A stretch of DNA of 63,987 bases, counting the filler, from an uncultured bacterium (GTDB lineage Bacteria; Hinthialibacterota; Hinthialibacteria; Hinthialibacterales; Hinthialibacteraceae), in assembly GCA_964449065.1 (NCBI GenBank). It is 9 parts of 9 records of this genome, joined end to end, with 100 filler letters (N's around TTAATTAATTAA, not from the genome) between each part and the next. Parts side by side here need not be neighbours in the genome. Positions count along the whole stretch, not along the records: positions 36,315 to 43,408 come from CAYVAZ010000271.1; positions 43,509 to 50,595 come from CAYVAZ010000272.1; 7 more parts are not named here. One strand, 5' to 3'. A model generated the notes under the pieces. That model searched no databases. It saw nothing but the letters and a program-made list of their open reading frames with translations, and was not told the origin of the DNA. Positions within the stretch are counted from its first letter, which is position 1. Every line of letters starts with the position of its first letter. The position numbers were made by a program, and so were the translations under genes. Shown in pieces: positions 36,551 to 46,395 of the stretch.

Positions 36551-37726
36551 TTAAAAATTTAATGAATAATATTTTACTTTGATATCGTTGTATTCTTTCA
36601 AAATCATAATAAATTCTTCGCTTTCGGGCAATATACCTGTTATTTCGTACAGCGTTTTTGCAATGCCATCGTTTTTCAGTTTTTGCTGAAGCAATTGTGC
36701 CTCTTTATCATCTGCATGATTGTAATGGAGTGCTGCTGCTATGGTGCGGCATACGGGTTGTACAGGTAGTTTATATTGTGTTGCTATGCTCAGCAATCCG
36801 GCAAGACGTTCTTTGGAACCAAGCTTTCTGATGGGCTGTCGGGCAACACGTTCTACGGTGTCGGCAAGGGCTGCATTGGCATACCGGTATTTAATCAGCG
36901 AATCGGTATGTGCCGTGAGTTCATTGTGTGATAATCCATACTTTAACGAAAGAGCTTCGACTGCCACGTTTAGCAGACCAATGAGCCGTTCGCGTATTTC
37001 ATTATCGCTTAGTGCTTCGGGCAGGGTTTTGTATCCTTTCAAAAAACCTTCATAGGCAAGTACTGCGTGGCCTGCGTTGTTGGTAAATAGTTTGCGTGCA
37101 TAATAGGGTGTCAGATCTTTACAGAGGTTTAAGCCGGGCAGCATATCAATGTTAGCAGGAAGCAAAGAACTATCTATCCATGCCGTTTCACCCGATTCCC
37201 CAATTAAGTCGGTGCTGCTTTCAATGTCCCGTACCATCCGCTCTACCGATACCGGCACGGTGATGAATGCATCAGCAGACACCCCTTCATTCAGTAAGGC
37301 ATCTGCCATCACACGGTCGGCTTGCGGCCAGTTTTCGCACAACAGTATTGGCAATGGCTTTTTTCGGTTTTTAATATGAGGAGCCATACTTTTTGCAACC
37401 GACTCCAGGTGCTGTCCACCCACCGAGGTTGCTGTCATGCTGCAGACCGATAAAGCATCTTGTAAGGCTTCAGTATCATCAGGATGAATGAGGCTGTAGT
37501 CATGCACTTTGGTTTCGAAATTTTCTCTGCCTGTCAGTTTAACCTTGAAGTATGTCTTGTTTTTTAATGCTGCAGCCAGTTCTTTGTTTGCTTCCACAAA
37601 CATAATGGTCCAACCGGCCTTTGCGGCAAGCTCCCCCAGCAAGCCTCTGCCAATACAACCAGCTCCAAAAACCAAAAGACCTGGATTTCTATTATGGATA
37701 TTTGATACAGGGTGTGGGTTTATCAT
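36551..37726 (-). CDS. mtlD: Mannitol-1-phosphate 5-dehydrogenase-like
   Basis: FGAGCIGRG, CEN, RKLFTNNAGHA, RVARQPIRKL..ERL. Confidence 0.8.
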   Translation of the reverse strand: MINPHPVSNIHNRNPGLLVFGAGCIGRGLLGELAAKAGWTIMFVEANKELAAALKNKTYFKVKLTGRENFETKVHDYSLIHPDDTEALQDALSVCSMTATSVGGQHLESVAKSMAPHIKNRKKPLPILLCENWPQADRVMADALLNEGVSADAFITVPVSVERMVRDIESSTDLIGESGETAWIDSSLLPANIDMLPGLNLCKDLTPYYARKLFTNNAGHAVLAYEGFLKGYKTLPEALSDNEIRERLIGLLNVAVEALSLKYGLSHNELTAHTDSLIKYRYANAALADTVERVARQPIRKLGSKERLAGLLSIATQYKLPVQPVCRTIAAALHYNHADDKEAQLLQQKLKNDGIAKTLYEITGILPESEEFIMILKEYNDIKVKYYSLNF

Positions 37727-37753
37727 GCTATTCTTAATAAGAATGAATAAATA

Positions 37754-37788
37754 TGATTATTGATTATACAAACAATCATATATAATCA
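37754..37788. promoter_or_regulatory. Putative DeoR operator (TGATT x2 ... AATCA x2)
   Basis: A similar arrangement lies at 38597-38635 on the other side of the deoR gene. Confidence 0.5.
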
Positions 37789-37817
37789 GTAAAAGACAAA
37801 AAAATCAACCTGCGCGT

Positions 37818-38576
37818 CTAACAGGTAACGATATGACAATGAGAATCTTTGATGCCAATAATATCATGTTTATCAGGTTTCTGATCGGTTATGTATGTAT
37901 TAAACTGATGCCACTTTCCAAACAGCACAGCCTGTGGTACATTCCACTTGGAGAAGTCGGCAAGAAGAATGCTGCACTCAGCTCTTTGCATTGCTGCCTG
38001 TTTCATAGATGCTTCTTCGAAGGAAGGCACACTGGCCCCTTCAGATTTATGCAACCCTGAAGCACCAATAAATGCAATATCAAAATGGATGTTTTCCAGC
38101 CAATCTATGGCAATGCTGCCTACCAGGGAAAGACTCGGTATTCTCAGTTCGCCTCCGGGCACGCAAATTTTTGCGCCGTTGTTTCTGGCTAGTGATAACA
38201 GAGGTAAAGAATTGGTAAATATGGTTAATCCCTTTTGATCTCTCACTAATCTTGCCAGTGCCTGGCATGTGGTTCCGGCATCAAGATAAACCGTACTACC
38301 GGGTTTTACATACGATGCCGCTATTTGAGCTATTTGTTCCTTGGCATTGATGTTCACCATGGCTCTTTGCTGATAGGTGATTTCTCCTTCAGATACCGAT
38401 GGGTGCATGGCACCCCCGTGTGTACGAATTATTTTTCCCAATCTTTCAAGCAGGGTAAGATCGCGACGGACAGTAGCCGGAGATACCCTGAGCTCGGCTT
38501 CAATTTCGGGCACTGTCATTTCCCCCTTCATTCCGAGGATACTGAGTAGTTTTTTATGCCTTTCCTCTGCAAACAT
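37818..38576 (-). CDS. DeoR/GlpR family transcriptional regulator
   Basis: MFAEERH..VSPATVRRDL..RTHGGA, LDAGTT, TNSL. Confidence 0.96.
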   Translation of the reverse strand: MFAEERHKKLLSILGMKGEMTVPEIEAELRVSPATVRRDLTLLERLGKIIRTHGGAMHPSVSEGEITYQQRAMVNINAKEQIAQIAASYVKPGSTVYLDAGTTCQALARLVRDQKGLTIFTNSLPLLSLARNNGAKICVPGGELRIPSLSLVGSIAIDWLENIHFDIAFIGASGLHKSEGASVPSFEEASMKQAAMQRAECSILLADFSKWNVPQAVLFGKWHQFNTYITDQKPDKHDIIGIKDSHCHIVTC

Positions 38577-38596
38577 ATTTGAATATTGCTTTTACA

Positions 38597-38635
38597 CGAT
38601 TGATTGTAAATGTAGGAAATAATCATAATTAATCA
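38597..38635. promoter_or_regulatory. Putative DeoR operator in the divergent deoR/GH2 promoter
   Basis: CGATTGATT ... AATCA-N5-AATCA. Confidence 0.45.
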
Positions 38636-38653
38636 TTATTATTGTATAAAAAT

Positions 38654-40885
38654 ATGGAAAGCAAAATAATAGATGTGACCTGGCAGGTTGGCCATCACTC
38701 AGAAAAAAATGAAAAACCGGAGCGGTTAATAACTGCCGTTGTTCCCGGGGCTGTGCAGCTGGATGTAGCCAAAGCGCAGGAATACGGTGATTACTGGTAT
38801 GGCAACAACTGGAAAGATTATTTGTGGATGGAAGACAAGTGCTGGACTTACCGTACTGTATTTAAAAATCCCGGGTTGGATAACGGCAAGCGACTGTTGT
38901 TCGTGTGCAGGGGAATTGATTATCAATACGAAATAATTCTCAATCATAAAACAATTTATCGCTATGAGGGAATGTTTAGACCCATAGAGCTGGACATTAC
39001 AGAAAATATTCAAAATGAAAATATACTCGAAATAATCATTTTTCCTGTCCCCAAATCGCAAACTGAAAGACAGGATCGTTCGCAGGCAGACCAAAGCTGC
39101 AAACCAGCTGTTAGTTATGGATGGGACTGGCACCCGCGTTTAATTCCGCTTGGAATATGGGATGAAACCTTTCTGCAAGTAGTTCCTGCCAACCGCATTT
39201 TGAAAGCAGATGTTTCTTATGATTTATCGAAAGACTTCACAAAGGCAAACCTAAGCATAGAAGCTATAACTGTGATGCCGGAAAGTGGCAGTTCTTTTTG
39301 TTGGAAAATAATTAGTCCTGACGGTAAAATCCTTGTCGAGAAAACAGGCAGGATTGAGAATGAGAAAATATTTATAGCGGCTGTTTTGGATAATATTGAA
39401 CTATGGTGGCCCCATGCTTATGGCAATCAACCCTTATATACTTCGGTGCTGGAATTGCACGAAAATGGAAAGCCGGTTGATATAGCCGAAAACCGTATTG
39501 GGATGAGAAAAGTGGAATTGGTAATGAACGAAGGCACATGGGACGAACCCACTGATTTTCCTAAATCCCGAAGCAACGCACCCATCACGGTGCAGATCAA
39601 TGGCAGAAGAATTTTTACCAAAGGCAGCAACTGGGTACCGCCGGAAATATTTCCGGGTATCATTACAAAAGAACGTTATAACGAATTGCTTGACAAAGCC
39701 GTGGATGCTAACCTTGACATGTTAAGAGTGTGGGGTGGGGGCATCGTGAACAAAGATAGTTTTTATGAACTGTGCGATGAAAAAGGACTGTTGGTATGGC
39801 AGGAATTTCCGCTTGCCTGCAATGATTACAGGGGTACAAGAGAATATTTATATGTTCTTGAAAAGGAATCTTTTGCGATCATCATGCGATTAAGGAAATT
39901 TGCTTCTGTAGTTCTTTGGTGCGGTGGCAATGAGTTGTTTAATGTATGGTCGGGCATGACAGACCAGTCGGCAGCCTTGCGTTTACTCAACAAGCTTTGC
40001 TACGAGCTTGATCCGCAAACACCTTTTCTGGCAACGGCTCCCATGATTGGCATGGGGCATGGGCCATACGGATTTCTGGACCCGGTAACCAAAGAAGAGG
40101 TTTTTGTAAAGATGATGCAGGCACACAATACCGCGTATTCGGAGTGCTCCTCAACTGGCCCGGCTTCGGTGGAGTTACTGAAGAACTTCATTCCTGCCAA
40201 TGAGCTTTTCCCTCCAGAACCCGGCACTGCCTGGGAAGATCATCACGCCTTTGGTGCCTGGGATGCGGAGCCTGAATCCCACCTTTTATTGAGCATGTTG
40301 GAGAAATATTTCGGGAAAGCTGAAAGTCTGGAGCAGCTGGTTGAAAACGGACAATTTATTCAAATAACCGGAATGCAATGCCTTTTTGAAGAGGGCCGTC
40401 GTCAGAAACCCTACTGCTCAATGGTGCTAAACTGGTGCTTTAACGAACCCTGGCCATGTGCTGCAGGTGGCTCGGCCATTTCATGGCCGCTGGAACCAAA
40501 ACCTGCCTATTATGCCATGAAGCAATCGTGCCGTCCGGTGCTGGCCAGTGCAAGAATAGAAAAATTGCTATGGGAAGCGGGCGAAGTATTTGAAGCTGAT
40601 ATCTGGTTACTTAACGATTCCTTCAGTCAAGTGCAACCTTGTGAGATAAAAGTAATGATTGCCGGTGATGAGAAATCATCCATCATGAGCTGGCATTGCG
40701 AGGGTGCAGAAGCCAATCAGAATAAGCCGGGACCAAAAGTAAAATTTCTTCTGCCTTCCTGGAAATCTGACCGGGTTAGGATAATTGTGCAGGTTGAAGG
40801 ACATCACGAATGGGATTCGGTGTATGAAGTGCTTTATCATCGGAACAAAAACAAACAGGAAGGGCTGAGAAGGATGAATGCATAG
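38654..40885 (+). CDS. Glycoside hydrolase family 2, beta-mannosidase-like
   Basis: YGWDW.PR, LWWP, KGSNWVP, RVWGGG, VWQEF, WCGGNE. ATG 38654 preferred over TTG 38642. Confidence 0.92.
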   Translation: MESKIIDVTWQVGHHSEKNEKPERLITAVVPGAVQLDVAKAQEYGDYWYGNNWKDYLWMEDKCWTYRTVFKNPGLDNGKRLLFVCRGIDYQYEIILNHKTIYRYEGMFRPIELDITENIQNENILEIIIFPVPKSQTERQDRSQADQSCKPAVSYGWDWHPRLIPLGIWDETFLQVVPANRILKADVSYDLSKDFTKANLSIEAITVMPESGSSFCWKIISPDGKILVEKTGRIENEKIFIAAVLDNIELWWPHAYGNQPLYTSVLELHENGKPVDIAENRIGMRKVELVMNEGTWDEPTDFPKSRSNAPITVQINGRRIFTKGSNWVPPEIFPGIITKERYNELLDKAVDANLDMLRVWGGGIVNKDSFYELCDEKGLLVWQEFPLACNDYRGTREYLYVLEKESFAIIMRLRKFASVVLWCGGNELFNVWSGMTDQSAALRLLNKLCYELDPQTPFLATAPMIGMGHGPYGFLDPVTKEEVFVKMMQAHNTAYSECSSTGPASVELLKNFIPANELFPPEPGTAWEDHHAFGAWDAEPESHLLLSMLEKYFGKAESLEQLVENGQFIQITGMQCLFEEGRRQKPYCSMVLNWCFNEPWPCAAGGSAISWPLEPKPAYYAMKQSCRPVLASARIEKLLWEAGEVFEADIWLLNDSFSQVQPCEIKVMIAGDEKSSIMSWHCEGAEANQNKPGPKVKFLLPSWKSDRVRIIVQVEGHHEWDSVYEVLYHRNKNKQEGLRRMNA

Positions 40886-41058
40886 CGGCAAAGAACAGTT
40901 ACTATTGCAGTTTTTGAATAGTATCTATCATTTACTGCAAGAGGAATAATATGTATTAGGCGTTTCGTAAAAAGATTGACAAAGTAACCTTGATTAGTAT
41001 AGCCCATATCATCAATAAAATTAAAGATAATGTTTGTCATTATTCCAAAGATAACCAC
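40837..41058 (-). pseudogene. Eroded sulfatase N-terminus relic
   Basis: TNIIFNFIDDMGY..HIIPLA..YSKTA..LC resembles PNIxFIxxDDMGY..PxIDxLA..F..A...C. Confidence 0.5.
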
Positions 41059-41076
41059 ATTGAAATTTAATAAACA

Positions 41077-43392
41077 ATGAAAAAAGTATCAAAATTATTA
41101 AAAACGCTAAGTCTGCTAATGTTGTCATTAAGCACTTTCTTGGCAACAGCGCAAACAAAAACCGAAACAAAACTTTTAATGCACAATCCTAATGGATTGA
41201 GGATTGAATTAAATATTTCAACCGGAAATCTCGATATCTGGATTTCTCCGAAGGCAGGCGAATCAATTGATAACTTCGACAGGAACTTCTCTAACCGCGA
41301 TGACCACACTTCTGTATTCGATAAAATTAATTTCCCCAAACTGGATCATCAATCTTATGTGCGTTGTGATTATGATCCTTTTTACTCTAAAATCATTTAC
41401 CGTAATCAGGTAATGCATATAGCCACTTTATACGATTATCCTGCGGTTCTGGTATGGTTCGACAATCCCGAAGCGGTCGATTTAAAAACCGATAAACAGG
41501 ATAAAATGATTGAAAGGACGGCAACATCCTTTATTGCATCCCATCCCGACCGTGGTTACGAATTTGCATTTGCTGCGGGATTAGGTAGTGGTAAAGGTGA
41601 ATTCTTTAAACAACTGCAAATTGATGAAGGACGCAGCGTTTATGCCCGTGTTAACCTTGATCAAAAACAATTTATGGTTATTGCTGCTGAGTTGAAAGAA
41701 AAAAACATTCCGGAAATGGTGAAGAAAATCACTTCACAAACCGCCAATCAACTGATAGCGCAGTCAGAAAAAATAATTCAGGAAAAAACAAAATTCGGAC
41801 ACGTTTTGGTGAACAATGATCATCAGTTGCAAAAACTTATGGACATCAACAAACGTATTTGGGTATCCATGCAAGATAAATCCGGGTCTATACGCGCCAG
41901 TATTAAAGAAATTTATTACCTCATTTGGGTTCGCGACGGAGGCATGGCAAGTGCTTATGTGGCAAATACAGGTTGGACTGAGCCCGTAGATATATGGACA
42001 AACTACCTGCTCAAGAACCCTACGGTAATTGAGGATGAAATACCTGCCGGACAGTTTTTTGGACAGTTAGTCGGTACTCCGATTAATAAATGGGAAGAAG
42101 ATGGCTTGTTTTATGCAACTCTTTCGGCATTCATGCACTGGACACAAACCGGCGATACAAAATACATTTCCGGAGAATATCTGCAAACGCTAAAAGATGC
42201 GAACAAATGGTTGGAGGAATATTGCTTCGATGAAAAAATGGGGCTATTCGGACGTTATTATTATTGCGAGACACCACTGATGAATAGCCGGGGGCACAAC
42301 TGGGACCATGCAATAGGAAAATATATCGACAAGTGGCATCCTAAAAAATACAAAGGAGTTGATATTATACGCTCTTACGATATCTACATCAACATGCTTG
42401 CTTATTCTACTTATCGGATGTTAGCCGCAATGGATCCGGAAAATGCCGGTGAATTTTTAAAGAAGGCCGACATCATAGAAAAAAACATGCAGCCATTCTT
42501 CTCCGAAAACGAAATGCCAAACTATGGCACACTAATTACGCTGGATGGTAACCAAATATCTGCCGAAGGCTATGGTTTAGATTATAACGATTACCAATGG
42601 GCTTTGTCGCTCACACCGTTTGTTCCTTCTTATTTCGATGCAAAGAAAATAGGTGGAAACCTACTCGATACATTGCGTTTCGAAGATTCTTGGTTTCTTG
42701 CGGCCTTTTTCTGTATTCATGCATCACTAGACAATATATATTTTGATGATCATGCCTTAATGCAAGCCATGAATTATATGACTAAGCAATCGGTTAAATC
42801 CGGAAAAGTTTTACCTATGGCTTATGCAATGTTAGAAAAATCGGGCGTTGATGTAAATGCCGCCAATGTAATACGCCCCCAGCCTTTTACCATGGGACCA
42901 TGGTTCTCGTCGCTTACCAATATGGCACTACGAAGATTGCCATTTGGTATTGCAATAAGAAACACCAAATTTATTAATGGTATTGAAAACTATCAATACA
43001 AAAAAGCTTTGATACAATACACGTACGAAGGTACGGGTGAAATTTCACGCATTTTGCTTAACAACAAAGAAATTATCAACACGTTTCAAATTCCTGAAAA
43101 CATGCTTAGCGAAGGCAATAACAACCTCGTTGTTAAAAGGGAGGAGGCGGCCAAATCCTTAACACGTCTTGCCTCATCTAATGTGAGCCTTATTTCTGCC
43201 GAAAACAACGGCACTATCATTTATAAAATTAAAGGATATGGCGAAAACTTTTTGACATTCACGAATATGTCTGGTGAAGTAACAGTGACTGATGAAAAAG
43301 GGAAATCTGTTTCTTTTATAAAAGATAAATCCCTTGATATGGATAGGATTATTTTTGAAGGAATAGGTGATTTTCAGGTTCAAATTAAATAA
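41077..43392 (+). CDS. Secreted six-hairpin glycosidase-like protein
   Basis: Signal peptide; YYLIWVRDG (WxRD) and HWTQTGD motifs typical of (alpha/alpha)6 glycosidases. Confidence 0.6.
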   Translation: MKKVSKLLKTLSLLMLSLSTFLATAQTKTETKLLMHNPNGLRIELNISTGNLDIWISPKAGESIDNFDRNFSNRDDHTSVFDKINFPKLDHQSYVRCDYDPFYSKIIYRNQVMHIATLYDYPAVLVWFDNPEAVDLKTDKQDKMIERTATSFIASHPDRGYEFAFAAGLGSGKGEFFKQLQIDEGRSVYARVNLDQKQFMVIAAELKEKNIPEMVKKITSQTANQLIAQSEKIIQEKTKFGHVLVNNDHQLQKLMDINKRIWVSMQDKSGSIRASIKEIYYLIWVRDGGMASAYVANTGWTEPVDIWTNYLLKNPTVIEDEIPAGQFFGQLVGTPINKWEEDGLFYATLSAFMHWTQTGDTKYISGEYLQTLKDANKWLEEYCFDEKMGLFGRYYYCETPLMNSRGHNWDHAIGKYIDKWHPKKYKGVDIIRSYDIYINMLAYSTYRMLAAMDPENAGEFLKKADIIEKNMQPFFSENEMPNYGTLITLDGNQISAEGYGLDYNDYQWALSLTPFVPSYFDAKKIGGNLLDTLRFEDSWFLAAFFCIHASLDNIYFDDHALMQAMNYMTKQSVKSGKVLPMAYAMLEKSGVDVNAANVIRPQPFTMGPWFSSLTNMALRRLPFGIAIRNTKFINGIENYQYKKALIQYTYEGTGEISRILLNNKEIINTFQIPENMLSEGNNNLVVKREEAAKSLTRLASSNVSLISAENNGTIIYKIKGYGENFLTFTNMSGEVTVTDEKGKSVSFIKDKSLDMDRIIFEGIGDFQVQIK

Positions 43393-43609
43393 ACTGCAAA
43401 ACTTCAATNNNNNNNNNNNNNNNNNNNNNNNNNNNNNNNNNNNNNNNNNNNNTTAATTAATTAANNNNNNNNNNNNNNNNNNNNNNNNNNNNNNNNNNNN
43501 NNNNNNNNCAACAAAAACCATTTTTCAAGCAAACGTCAATCATGGATTGCGTAACATCAGTTAAATAATTGCAGTCACAATATTTACTTGTGGCTATATT
43601 TACTTGTGG

Positions 43610-43900
43610 CTATGTGAATAGCATCGGGTAACTAATAACCTGACGTTGTCCGTATCCCCTGAAGATCATATCCCATGAATCCCGCTCCGAACGGATAAAT
43701 GCATCCGCTTCTTCAGCGGATGTGAAACCGTTTTTTACTTTGCCAAAAAACTGGCTGAGTGGAGAACTCGAATTGCTTTCATTAACTGAGGACAAAACTA
43801 TAGTAACTTCTGCCAAAGCACCTTTAGGCAAATGAGGGTTTTGAATTTCTATTGCCCCTCCATCCTTTACTACAGTTTGTTCTTTGAAAGTATTCTTCAT
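43610..43900 (-). CDS. Orphan antitoxin-like protein
   Basis: G.IEI..P.LP.G..AEV.IV N-terminus and F.S.EE.D.FIR.ERD.WD tail, a type usually found upstream of PIN toxins. Confidence 0.55.
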   Translation of the reverse strand: MKNTFKEQTVVKDGGAIEIQNPHLPKGALAEVTIVLSSVNESNSSSPLSQFFGKVKNGFTSAEEADAFIRSERDSWDMIFRGYGQRQVISYPMLFT

Positions 43901-43939
43901 ATCGACATTCTTTCAATGTTGAAATTTTGGTATCACTTT

Positions 43940-44119
43940 TTATACCAAAATTAAAACGCGGCAATTCACTTTTTTGTACAGAAAATGAGAGAATTCAAGA
44001 TAAAGAAAATTTGGCGCGCAGACAGTAAATTCTTCATGTAGTAATTTATATGCTTCTGTATTGTATTCTTCTATAAAGAACCATTTGATTGCTACACATG
44101 CATCAACAATAATATCCAA
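43940..44119 (-). pseudogene. vapC: Truncated VapC/PIN toxin (59 aa), absent from the ORF track
   Basis: TTG start; MDIIVDACVAIKWFFIEEYNTEA...APNFLYLEFSHFLYKK then stops within TTTTGGTATAA, a family-D-like end. Confidence 0.75.
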
Positions 44120-44129
44120 ATTGTATCAC

Positions 44130-44366
44130 CTAAGTTCCATATATTTCACGTTTTAAATCAACTCCACTTGTGTGTGCTTGGTGTTTGCTTTGCTCTAAAA
44201 TTAATTTAGCTTTTTCCACGGATTTAGATTTACGTTTTAGTTCAGGCAAACTATTTTCCAAAATACTTTTCGCTTCTTCTTCAATTGATTTTTGGTTTGA
44301 AGAAGCTCTTTGTTGTAGTCTTTGTTTCAAATCATCTGAAATATTTGATATGGTTAAGGTATTCAT
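44130..44366 (-). CDS. FitA-like ribbon-helix-helix antitoxin
   Basis: MNTLTISNISDDLKQRLQQRA..KSIEEEAKSIL; immediately upstream of the PIN fragment. Confidence 0.85.
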   Translation of the reverse strand: MNTLTISNISDDLKQRLQQRASSNQKSIEEEAKSILENSLPELKRKSKSVEKAKLILEQSKHQAHTSGVDLKREIYGT

Positions 44367-44573
44367 TAAAAGCCCTCTTAACTTGACTTCTATTTTTTTT
44401 CTGAAATTTCGTTCAGTATAGTCAGATCAATTTTATATCAAAAACAAAAACCAATCCTCTTTTTCTTAAATTATTTCTTAGAAAGTCATTTATTGAAACT
44501 AGACATTCTGATACGATAGAGTCGATTATTTAAACAAAAACTTTGATACATCGCTACATTTCGGGAGGATCAA

Positions 44574-46019
44574 ATGCGCTCAACCATCAACCGCCGCCAT
44601 GCATTGCAAACCTTGGGAATCACCGCCGGAAGCATCGCTTTTCCCTCCATCATTAAATCCGCTGAACAGCAAAAGCCCAATGTGCTATTCATCGCGATTG
44701 ATGACCTTCGCCCGCAGCTGAAATGCTACGGACACCACCAAATGATTTCTCCTCATATCGATGGACTCGCGCATGAGGGAATCCAATTTACCCAAGCCTA
44801 CTGCCAAGTGCCGGTTTGCGGGGCTTCGCGTGCCAGTTTGCTATCCGGTTTACGTCCCAACCGCAACCGCTTTTTAGGCTATAGCACCAAGAAAGATGAA
44901 GACGCCCCTGATGCTCTGAGCCTCCCTCATCATTTTAAACAGCAGGGATACCACACGGTATCGAACGGCAAGATTTATCATCACCGCACCGATGACATCG
45001 AAGCGTGGACGGAAGAACCTTGGAAGCCAAAACGGCGGGAAGGCGGCAGCTGGCGCAATTATCTCAATCCCGAAAATATTGAAATCTCTAATAATAGTCA
45101 CAACCAACGCGGCCCCGCTTATGAAATAGGCGAAGCGGGTGACTTTGACTACTTCGATGGCCGCATTGCCAAACGCAGTATGATCGATTTACAGCGCTTG
45201 AAAGACAAGGACGAACCCTTCTTTTTAGCCACCGGCTTTTTAAAGCCGCATTTGCCGTTTAACGCCCCCAAACGCTTTTGGGATATGTACAACGAAGATG
45301 ATTTGGATATGGCGGATAATCCGTTTCGTCCGAAAAACGCTCCCGATTCTGCGCTGCACAATTGGGGCGAACTGCGCAACTATTACGGTATCCCCCAAGA
45401 CGGAGATTTAAGCGAAGAAATGGCCCGTACGCTGGTTCACGGTTATTATGCCTGCACTACCTATGCCGATTTCTTAGTCGGGGAATTGCTGGCTGAACTC
45501 AAGCGTTTGGAATTAGATGAAAACACCATCGTTATCTTATGGGGCGACCACGGCTGGAACCTGCAAGAGCATGGCTTATGGTGCAAACACTGCAACTTCG
45601 AAACCTCGCTGCATGTACCGATGATCGTAAAGGCCCCTGGTTTTAGTGGAGACAAAAAAACACCCGCTTTAACTGAATTTATCGACATCTATCCCTCTTT
45701 ATGTGATTTGGCCGGCCTGCCTGTTCCCGAACATTGCGAGGGAACCAGTTTTGTTCCTCTCATGGAGCAACCGGAGCGGGAATGGAAACCCGCGGTTTTC
45801 AGCCGGTTTTACAAAGGGGATTCCGTCAAAACAGAACGCTACCGCTTTACCGAATGGACCGATGATGATGGGGATACTTATGCAAAAATGCTCTATGACC
45901 ATAAATACGACCCGATGGAAAACATAAACGTGGTGGATCAAGCAGACTATGGCGAAGCGGTCAAGGAAATGCAGAATTGGCTGGAAAAGGGTTGGAAAGC
46001 CGCACGTCCAAAAGCGTAA
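44574..46019 (+). CDS. Sulfatase (iduronate-2-sulfatase-like, Tat signal)
   Basis: RRHALQ Tat motif, PNVLFIAIDDLRP, CGASR formylglycine motif, GKIYH, WGDHG. Confidence 0.95.
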   Translation: MRSTINRRHALQTLGITAGSIAFPSIIKSAEQQKPNVLFIAIDDLRPQLKCYGHHQMISPHIDGLAHEGIQFTQAYCQVPVCGASRASLLSGLRPNRNRFLGYSTKKDEDAPDALSLPHHFKQQGYHTVSNGKIYHHRTDDIEAWTEEPWKPKRREGGSWRNYLNPENIEISNNSHNQRGPAYEIGEAGDFDYFDGRIAKRSMIDLQRLKDKDEPFFLATGFLKPHLPFNAPKRFWDMYNEDDLDMADNPFRPKNAPDSALHNWGELRNYYGIPQDGDLSEEMARTLVHGYYACTTYADFLVGELLAELKRLELDENTIVILWGDHGWNLQEHGLWCKHCNFETSLHVPMIVKAPGFSGDKKTPALTEFIDIYPSLCDLAGLPVPEHCEGTSFVPLMEQPEREWKPAVFSRFYKGDSVKTERYRFTEWTDDDGDTYAKMLYDHKYDPMENINVVDQADYGEAVKEMQNWLEKGWKAARPKA

Positions 46020-46079
46020 TCCAAAAGCGTATTTTGCTTATATGTGAAACAAACGTAACTGAAATCGATAGTTGTTTTC

Positions 46080-46128
46080 AAAAGTATGTTCGTTTTGGGA
46101 AGGCAAGGCTCCCATCGAGCCGGAAGTA
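46080..46128 (+). repeat. Family-B REP-like repeat with leader
   Basis: AAAAGTATGTTCGTTTTGGGAAGGCAAGGCTCCCATCGAGCCGGAAGTA; matches 13035-13083. Confidence 0.78.
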
Positions 46129-46395
46129 CCGTTCATTTCAATTCAAACCTATTTGTGGCAGCACCGTTATGGATAAAGAAAGTGCCCCAAATGAACACCC
46201 TGACATAACCCAAAACAACGCCCGGTAATAGTTGTGGGTAAACCTTAGCAGGCTTGGGAGGGAAAACTTCTCTTCAAACGGATTACCTATTACAATCATT
46301 TAACCATTATCTGTACACGATCTCTATAAGTAAAAAAATCTTAAAAAAAGTGTATAGTCAATCTGATTTTAAACTACTTTCTTGAAAGGTCTGAG

